DNA of 13,522 bases from Planctomycetota bacterium (GTDB lineage Bacteria > Planctomycetota > UBA8108 > UBA1146): NCBI GenBank assembly GCA_036338595.1, contig JAYZBV010000088.1:1-13522 (forward strand). Reading direction: 5' to 3'. The stretch's first letter is position 1, and each line of letters opens with the position of its first letter. Below, one piece after another: positions 7,641 to 13,522 of this stretch. Below the pieces are notes generated by a model that saw only the letters and a program-made list of their open reading frames with translations, was not told the DNA's origin and did no database searches. The position numbers and the translations under genes were made by a program.

Positions 7641-8054
7641 TCAGATCTGGAAATCGTCGGCACGGAACTCGGTGCCGTGTTCCGCCTCGACCTCTTCCTC
7701 CCTGGCGAGCACCAGGATGGCGCCGTGGGGAACGATGAGAAATGTCTTGCCGGCAAACTCGATCTCGATGGCTGTCTTGCGCAAGAACAGCACCTGATCC
7801 CCGACTCTGGCCTCCAGCGGCAGGAAGTTGGGAGTCGGTGGATCTGACATCTTCCACGGTTCATCCCCGACATCGGCAGGAGGCGGCATCGGAGTCCCCG
7901 GGCCGACCTCGACCACCTTGCCACTCTGGACCTCGTTCTTCTCGACCGCACTCGAGGGCAGGATCAGACCCTCGCGGGTTCGTTCCTCACCCAGGGTAGG
8001 AGCGACCAGAACCCGATCCCCGACCACCACCAGTTTTCTACCGTCTCCGAACAT
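7641..8054 (-). CDS. groES: Orphan GroES/Cpn10-family co-chaperonin-like protein, 137 aa
   Basis: Motifs LVVVGDRVLV, mobile loop EERTREGLILP, GKVVEVGPG, PLEARVGDQVLF and IEFAGKTFLIV...AILV. Start placed at ATG 8054, with AGGAGGG at 8059-8065. No groEL in the window. Confidence 0.88.
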   Translation of the reverse strand: MFGDGRKLVVVGDRVLVAPTLGEERTREGLILPSSAVEKNEVQSGKVVEVGPGTPMPPPADVGDEPWKMSDPPTPNFLPLEARVGDQVLFLRKTAIEIEFAGKTFLIVPHGAILVLAREEEVEAEHGTEFRADDFQI

Positions 8055-8206
8055 CAAACCCTCCTGGGTGAGGATCACCCGGGATCCTCGTATCCGATCT
8101 TGAACAGCGGATGGTCCCGGGGCAAGAGGATCCATCGGAGGACCCATGGCCCTATTATGCCGAAAAGGAGTACATTACGGGGTCGACCGGCAAGGAGGAG
8201 GTGCGA

Positions 8207-11200
8207 GTGGAGTCGACCGACGCCGATCCTCAATTCGATCTTCTTCCCCGGCCGCTGGCCCGGGTGCTGGAGGCGTTACGCTCTGCAGGCGACGACCCCC
8301 GATCTCGACACGCCGCAGCCTTTGCCAGCCTCGAGGCGATCACACGCTGGCAGGGCATCTTGTTGTTGACCGCACGGTCACGACTGACGCTTCCGGTCGA
8401 TCGACTCAAGAGGGTCCAGAATTTTCTGAAGCGTCCTTCCTTTGGCTCGTGGGTCGAAGTGTTACTTCGTCATGGCTCACGCGAAGTCGATCGACTCTCG
8501 AGTGGGAGCGGACCGATCGGGTTGCTCGATGATATGCGTGAACTGCTTTGCAGTCCGCAAGAGGAACATGGTCAACTGGTCAAGGAGATCGCCGGCCGCG
8601 GCAGCGCCAAGCCGATGGCATGGAAAGATACGATCGAGCATCTGCCACCCTATCGAAACGACTTCATCGGCCACGCTGGATTTCTCTCCGATGACCACTA
8701 CGAGAAGACGGCACCCCTGTTCGAGGCATCGACGGTGGTGCTGATGCGTCAACTGGCACAACTAGACCAGCAACTCAGGGTCAGCACCACGACCGAAGAG
8801 GGCGTCGCACAGCGACTCCAGGGGCTGGTCGATGTCGAGGGCGATCCGATCGAGGCACACGAAGATGTGGAACCGGGAGAGTGTTACCTGGTGCGCCCCG
8901 ATGGCAGTTTGCTGGTGGTGCTCTCCGAGATGGTTCACTTCCAGGATGGAACCACCTTCCTGTTCGACCGCACCCCACGTGAACGACGCACGGAGTTCAT
9001 CGATTTCGCCTCGGGAGATCGCACACGGCGCGATGGTATGGCACTGCTCGATTCGAGTTTCACCGAGAAACTCAGTTTCGAGGCCTCGGAGGGCAGCAGT
9101 GCCGAGGTGGTCACCGGTCGACTGTCGGTGCGAGGGCAAGCACTGCGAAATGACATCACGATGGGCGAGAAGTTGTGGCTGCGGGTGCTGGTAGCCAATC
9201 GATCGCCGGTGCCCGCACAGTGTCAACTGGTGTACCCGGAATCCCCTGGCTGGAAATGGTTGGAAGAGGATTCCCGCGATGGCGAGGTGAGTCCGGGCGA
9301 ACACAAGGTCTGGTTGGTCGGTGTCGAGCCTCTCCACGCCGGAACCTTGGCGCCACCGACAGTCGAGGTCATCTCTTCCTTCGATCCGCGGCCGCTGCTG
9401 GTCGAACCGGAGGGACCGATACGCATCCGAGAGATGGACCGATTGCCGATGGTCGGTCGCGAACCGTTGCTGGAACCGATCCTGGAGCACCTCGATCCGA
9501 TTCAGCGGCCTGGAGCCACTCTCCTCATCGGGGGTGCCGAGGGGCAGAGAACCGGTGCGTTTTTGTCAGAGGTGGCTGCGAGCAAGCGTCGTACGGGAGT
9601 ACGCGATCTGCAGGGCACCTTTCGCGGCGCCGCCGGCCAGCCCTTCAAGGGCTTCCAGGATCTGCTACGCGAACTGCTCGGCGTTTCCTTCATCGATTCG
9701 GATGGGCTCGATCTTCGAGAGACCGCCTCGCAGATGCTCGATGAACTGCTCGGCGAAGATGCGGCAGCGATCAGCTTCTTTCTCGACGAATTGTCGGGAG
9801 AGGGTTCACTGGAGCAGACCTCGGATCAGATGCGCTCCTTTTGGTGGTATCGCCTCGTCACCTCGGCGGCTCGGGAAGCGCCATTGATGCTCGCCATCGA
9901 CGATCTGGAGCAAGCAGATGCCGGTTCTGCACGGCTGTTGACGGGGCTGATTGCTCGCTGCGTACAGGATCACGCCCCGGTGCTCTTTGCCGTCTGTTCC
10001 GAGCGAGAAGACCTGAAGACCACCGATCGCCCCGATGGATTCGGAGCCGAGGTGCCTCTGAAGGTCGTGGATGTGCCGGCGATCGAGCAGCCAGCGGTGG
10101 AGCAGATGCTCGAACTGGCCTACCCGGGAGCACACTTTCGAGATGATCTGCCGTGGTTGGCGCAGGCGCTGGCGGAACGAGCGGCTGGCAACATCGGTTT
10201 TGCCATCGATCTGGTGCGGACGCTGGGTCCGACAGGCCACGGTGTGTTTGCGCCACTGACGGAAGGACGATGGCAACTCGTCGACCCGTTGCCGCCAAGG
10301 GATGAGTTCGCCGACCAGTTGCCGGCACGTCGTAGCGATCTGTTTGCCGAGGCGATCGGACGCTTCCCCGAGCAGCAGGCTGCGATACTGGAAACGGCGG
10401 CGTTGATCGAGGGCGATATACCGGTCGAGGTTCTGGAAAGGCTCTTTGACGATGCCGATCTGCTCGACGATGCGCTCGATCGGTTTGAAACGGAGGCGCT
10501 GGGAGAGGCGGTGGGAACCGACCTGACACACTACCGCTTCCGCACCGAGTCGGCGCGGACAGCTGTGCTCTCCGTCTTCGAGGGCAGTGGTCGCCGGGCT
10601 GCGCTCAGAAGGCGACGCGAACTCGCCAAGGTGCTGATCGAACTGGAAGGAGATGTGCCGGAACGCTCCGGTCCCATCGGTCGGTTGTTGCGCGATGGTG
10701 GTCAGGGACAGCAAGCCCTCGAGTACCTGCAGCGAGCGCTCGATCGACGCCTGGAGCAGGGACGCTATGTCGAGGGACATGACCTGGTCGGAGATATCGA
10801 CACCGTACTCGATGATGGGGCACAACTGGATGAGCCGAACCGTGGTCAGTATCTGATCGCGGCGGCGCGTGTCTGTATCAAACTGGGCGATCAGGACGCC
10901 TCCGAGAAGTACCTGCAGCAGATCGACCCCGAACAGCAGGATGTCCAGGTGCAGAAGCAGATCCTGCAGTCGGAGATCCATATCCGCCGGGGTGATCCGG
11001 TCGCCTCACTGTCGATCCTCGAAGGTTTACGCGATGTGGTGGAACAGTCCGGGGCGAGCGCACTGGCACAGCAGTTCAAGATCAATCTGGCGCTGGGGCT
11101 CTCCAAGCAGGGCCGCGGTGCCGAGGCCGTGACCGAGTACCAGAAAGGCATCGCCATCGCCGAGGAACTCGATGACGAACTGGGCCAGGCGAGGCTGCTC

Positions 11201-12199
11201 GGTAATCTGGGCAATCTCTACACACGCATCGATCCCATCGGAGAGATCGAGACCGCACGCTCCTGTTTCGAGCGAGCCACCGAGATCTTCCACCAGCTCG
11301 GCCATCTTGACATGGAGACGATCTGCCGCGTCGGACTGGCCAATGTCGGCTACTATCAGGGTCAACTCGAAGAAGCCTCCTCGATGTATAGCCAGGCGAT
11401 CGAGACCTTCCGACTGCTCCAGAACAGGCGTGGACTGGGGCGCAATTATCGAAACCTGGCCGAAGTGGAGAGACTGCTGGGCCGTTTCGATGTCTCTGCC
11501 GATTGTCTTCAGCGCTCGATCGACGTGCGTCACGCCATCGGAGATCGCGCTGGTGAAGCGCGAAGTTGCCTCGACCTGGTCGAGATCCATGCAGCGATGG
11601 GCGACTGGAAAGAAGCCCAGATCACCAACGAACGGGCACTGGAAATTGCCAGGGAGATCGACGACACGATGCTGATCCTCGAGGGCAACATTCGTACTGC
11701 ACTCAATCGTCTATCGATAGGAGAGGCCCCTGCGGATGTAGATCTCGGCGATGTGGGGATCAGTTCGGAATCGGATGAGCAGGATCCAGATCTGATGGTG
11801 CTGTGGTTCACGCTTTGCTGTCGCCATGCGCAGTTGCAGGGGCAAGTGCTGGAAGCGGCCAGGTTTGAAGAGGCGAAGCAGCTGATCGGCAAGTTGGACG
11901 GGATCGCCTTCTCGCGGCATCGGTGCCTGCTGAGCGCTTCCCTGGCGCTGGTCGCCCCCGATCGAGAGACGGCCTTGTCGTTGCTCGAACCGATCCTCGA
12001 GGAGACCGATCTACCCCCGGGAGTGCCCCTTGATATGGTCGTTTCTGCCCGAGCGGGCCTCGAGCCGGAGGGTTCGAAGGAGAGGGAGATCTGGGAGGAA
12101 AGGGCGGTTCTGGCCGTCGAGGAGCGCGCTGGTCGCATTCAACGAGCTGCCGATCGGCGCCGCTTTCTGCGCGCGAGGCTGGGGCGAATCGAGGAATAG
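8207..12199 (+). CDS. Large STAND/AAA_16-like TPR protein: HEPN-like N-terminus, Ig-like domain, degenerate NTPase domain, MalT-type TPRs (~1330 aa)
   Basis: AAA_16-type landmarks: MVGRE (9449-9463), P-loop position LLIGGAEGQRT (9521-9553), Walker B LMLAIDDLEQAD (9884-9919) and AERAAGNIGFAIDLVR. TPRs span about 10670-11725 (e.g. GQARLLGNLGNLY, GLANVGYYQGQLEEASSMYSQA). N-terminal motifs are RPSFGSW and YRNDFIGH. GTG 8207 chosen for the upstream AAGGAGGAGG; the open frame begins at 8111. Confidence 0.82.
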   Translation: MESTDADPQFDLLPRPLARVLEALRSAGDDPRSRHAAAFASLEAITRWQGILLLTARSRLTLPVDRLKRVQNFLKRPSFGSWVEVLLRHGSREVDRLSSGSGPIGLLDDMRELLCSPQEEHGQLVKEIAGRGSAKPMAWKDTIEHLPPYRNDFIGHAGFLSDDHYEKTAPLFEASTVVLMRQLAQLDQQLRVSTTTEEGVAQRLQGLVDVEGDPIEAHEDVEPGECYLVRPDGSLLVVLSEMVHFQDGTTFLFDRTPRERRTEFIDFASGDRTRRDGMALLDSSFTEKLSFEASEGSSAEVVTGRLSVRGQALRNDITMGEKLWLRVLVANRSPVPAQCQLVYPESPGWKWLEEDSRDGEVSPGEHKVWLVGVEPLHAGTLAPPTVEVISSFDPRPLLVEPEGPIRIREMDRLPMVGREPLLEPILEHLDPIQRPGATLLIGGAEGQRTGAFLSEVAASKRRTGVRDLQGTFRGAAGQPFKGFQDLLRELLGVSFIDSDGLDLRETASQMLDELLGEDAAAISFFLDELSGEGSLEQTSDQMRSFWWYRLVTSAAREAPLMLAIDDLEQADAGSARLLTGLIARCVQDHAPVLFAVCSEREDLKTTDRPDGFGAEVPLKVVDVPAIEQPAVEQMLELAYPGAHFRDDLPWLAQALAERAAGNIGFAIDLVRTLGPTGHGVFAPLTEGRWQLVDPLPPRDEFADQLPARRSDLFAEAIGRFPEQQAAILETAALIEGDIPVEVLERLFDDADLLDDALDRFETEALGEAVGTDLTHYRFRTESARTAVLSVFEGSGRRAALRRRRELAKVLIELEGDVPERSGPIGRLLRDGGQGQQALEYLQRALDRRLEQGRYVEGHDLVGDIDTVLDDGAQLDEPNRGQYLIAAARVCIKLGDQDASEKYLQQIDPEQQDVQVQKQILQSEIHIRRGDPVASLSILEGLRDVVEQSGASALAQQFKINLALGLSKQGRGAEAVTEYQKGIAIAEELDDELGQARLLGNLGNLYTRIDPIGEIETARSCFERATEIFHQLGHLDMETICRVGLANVGYYQGQLEEASSMYSQAIETFRLLQNRRGLGRNYRNLAEVERLLGRFDVSADCLQRSIDVRHAIGDRAGEARSCLDLVEIHAAMGDWKEAQITNERALEIAREIDDTMLILEGNIRTALNRLSIGEAPADVDLGDVGISSESDEQDPDLMVLWFTLCCRHAQLQGQVLEAARFEEAKQLIGKLDGIAFSRHRCLLSASLALVAPDRETALSLLEPILEETDLPPGVPLDMVVSARAGLEPEGSKEREIWEERAVLAVEERAGRIQRAADRRRFLRARLGRIEE

Positions 12200-12370
12200 A
12201 TCGATCTGGCCGTCCTTGGCCAAGATATCGCGTCCGGGTGGTTCCTCGATCCGGATATACCCGTACAATGTGATATGGAGGACCTATCTGCCAACTTGAA
12301 CTGGCCACTGTAGTTGCGTCGATTTTGGTCGGCCAACCCGGTGCCAGTGGGGGTAGATTTCCGGATGTTG

Positions 12371-12428
12371 GGTCCTCGGGGGAATTCGATTGGGATGGTT
12401 TATCGGGGTTCATTCCCCGGGGAGGACC
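12371..12428 (+). promoter_or_regulatory. Predicted leader hairpin covering the RBS of the 12431 gene
   Basis: GGTCCTC (12371-77) pairs with GAGGACC (12422-28), GGGGAAT (12379-85) with ATTCCCC (12412-18), and an inner CGAT with ATCG. The SD GGAGG is at 12421-12425. Confidence 0.4.
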
Positions 12429-12430
12429 AG

Positions 12431-13522
12431 ATGAAGATGCAGAGACGCCACCTCGCATCTCGGTGGTGGTTGGGCCTGATGGTGCTGTCGGCAGCGTTGC
12501 TGCAGGATGGCTCGCTACGGGCTGATAATGTCGTTTCGGTAGGTACCACGGCCTCGACTGCGGGGCAGTCGGTAGTGCTTCCGGTCGAGATCGAAAACGA
12601 TGTCGACATCGTCGGCTTCTCTTTCGGACTCCTTCACGAGTTTTCCTCGCTGAGTCCCATCGCGATCGAATACGCCGGCGCATTGAATCCCGATTTCATC
12701 GGATCTTCCGTTACTCCTGAAGGAATCGCCTTCGGTGTGCTGATCGACTTCCAACTCGAAGAAGTGATCCCCGCCGGAGGTCCGAGCCTGGTCGCCTATG
12801 CCTCGTATGATGTGCTGGCGGCGGGCGTGGGTAGTTTCGCCACGGTGACACCGGGAACCGCCGGCGATCCATCCATCGATGTTGTGTTCGCCCTGCCCGA
12901 TGCGACCGAGATCACTCCAACGGTCTCGCCGGGAGGGGTGGCGGTGCTGAGTCCGGATCCCGACGGATCGCCGACCAACCGGGTGCGAGTCGCCTTCGAT
13001 GGCACCTACAGTGCCTACACTCCCGATGGAGTGCTTGCTGAAACCGATGCGATCGCGGCCGGGATCCCGACCGATCTACTGGCCGATCGCCGCGGTGGCA
13101 CCTGGATCCTCACCGCAGAGAACCAGACGCTGACTCGCATCGGCGTACCGCCAGACCCGAAGATCGTCGTCAACACCGGACCCGAACCGCGCGCTCTGGG
13201 TTCACTCGAAGGCGGTGAGGTCTTCATCACACACTCCAATGGAACGTTGCAGGTGGTCCATTCCGACGGCACCGTAAAGTTTGGAGGCGATGGTGTCGGA
13301 GATAGCCCCGAGGACGGTGTGGTGGGAGCGGCGATCGATCTCGGAAACGCCCCCTTCGACCTGTTCCACTTCGCTGCCGGCCCGGGATCGACCAGTTGGC
13401 TCGCAGGCGGCGAGCGCATGGTGCGCATCCAGCCCAATGGAAATGTGGTCGTCGATGTCGATTTTGGTCCCGGGTATCCGGTTCAGGATCTCGCTGCGGG
13501 ACCGAACGGATCGGTGTTCGTG
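12431..13522 (+). CDS. Secreted protein with an N-terminal cohesin-like beta-sandwich and a beta-propeller-like region; 3' end runs off the window
   Basis: Hand translation from ATG 12431 (GGAGG upstream) is open for 364 codons to the edge. It reads MKMQRRHLASRWWLGLMVLSAALLQDGSLRA (signal peptide), then DNVVSVGTTASTAGQSVVLPVEIENDVDIVGFSFGLLH...IPAG...LVAYASYDV (cohesin-like). Blade-like repeats follow: PTDLLADRRGGTWIL, PRALGSLEGGEVFIT, HFAAGPGSTSWLA, VQDLAAGPNGSVFV. Confidence 0.8.
   Translation, partial: MKMQRRHLASRWWLGLMVLSAALLQDGSLRADNVVSVGTTASTAGQSVVLPVEIENDVDIVGFSFGLLHEFSSLSPIAIEYAGALNPDFIGSSVTPEGIAFGVLIDFQLEEVIPAGGPSLVAYASYDVLAAGVGSFATVTPGTAGDPSIDVVFALPDATEITPTVSPGGVAVLSPDPDGSPTNRVRVAFDGTYSAYTPDGVLAETDAIAAGIPTDLLADRRGGTWILTAENQTLTRIGVPPDPKIVVNTGPEPRALGSLEGGEVFITHSNGTLQVVHSDGTVKFGGDGVGDSPEDGVVGAAIDLGNAPFDLFHFAAGPGSTSWLAGGERMVRIQPNGNVVVDVDFGPGYPVQDLAAGPNGSVFV

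Noticed and set aside
8111..8147. Apparent head-to-head overlap of ORF-track starts 8111(+) and 8147(-)
   Set aside because: Better starts with strong SD sequences exist at 8207 and 8054, leaving an ordinary 152-bp divergent intergenic region.
12263..12278. GTACAATGTGATATGG as a third copy of the duplicated promoter
   Set aside because: It shares only about 8 contiguous nt (ATGTGATA) and lacks the TTGGAC block and spacer, so chance similarity cannot be excluded.
6002..13437. Long minus-strand ORFs 6002-6694, 8762-9490, 9806-10981, 11027-11590, 11808-12683 and 13015-13437
   Set aside because: They are antisense to the cyclase, STAND-TPR and cohesin-like genes, with low-complexity or mirror-frame composition and no domain signature.

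Overview
GC-rich bacterial DNA, probably from a planctomycete, judged from a PSCyt1/PSCyt2 cytochrome gene and a secreted cohesin-like protein. Eight CDSs are supported. The two edge genes are missing from the ORF track because they run off the window. Left to right: (-) partial planctomycete cytochrome c/DUF1549 protein; (-) outer-membrane beta-barrel; (-) secreted pentaheme cytochrome c; (+) secreted DUF1080 enzyme, translationally coupled to (+) a TPR-class III nucleotide cyclase with non-canonical base-specificity residues; (-) orphan GroES-like protein with an enlarged roof loop; (+) a 1330-aa protein with a HEPN-like N-terminus, an Ig-like domain, an AAA_16/STAND-like domain with a degenerate P-loop, and TPRs; (+) partial secreted cohesin-like/beta-propeller protein. 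The strongest unexplained structure is a ~280-bp direct repeat (1068-1360 and 4621-4895) carrying a promoter, 5'UTR, RBS and signal peptide. It drives two unrelated c-type cytochromes and brackets the cytochrome-porin pair. The cyclase, GroES-like gene and STAND-like gene may form an undescribed sensing or defence module, but that is inference. No rRNA, tRNA, CRISPR array or transposase was seen.
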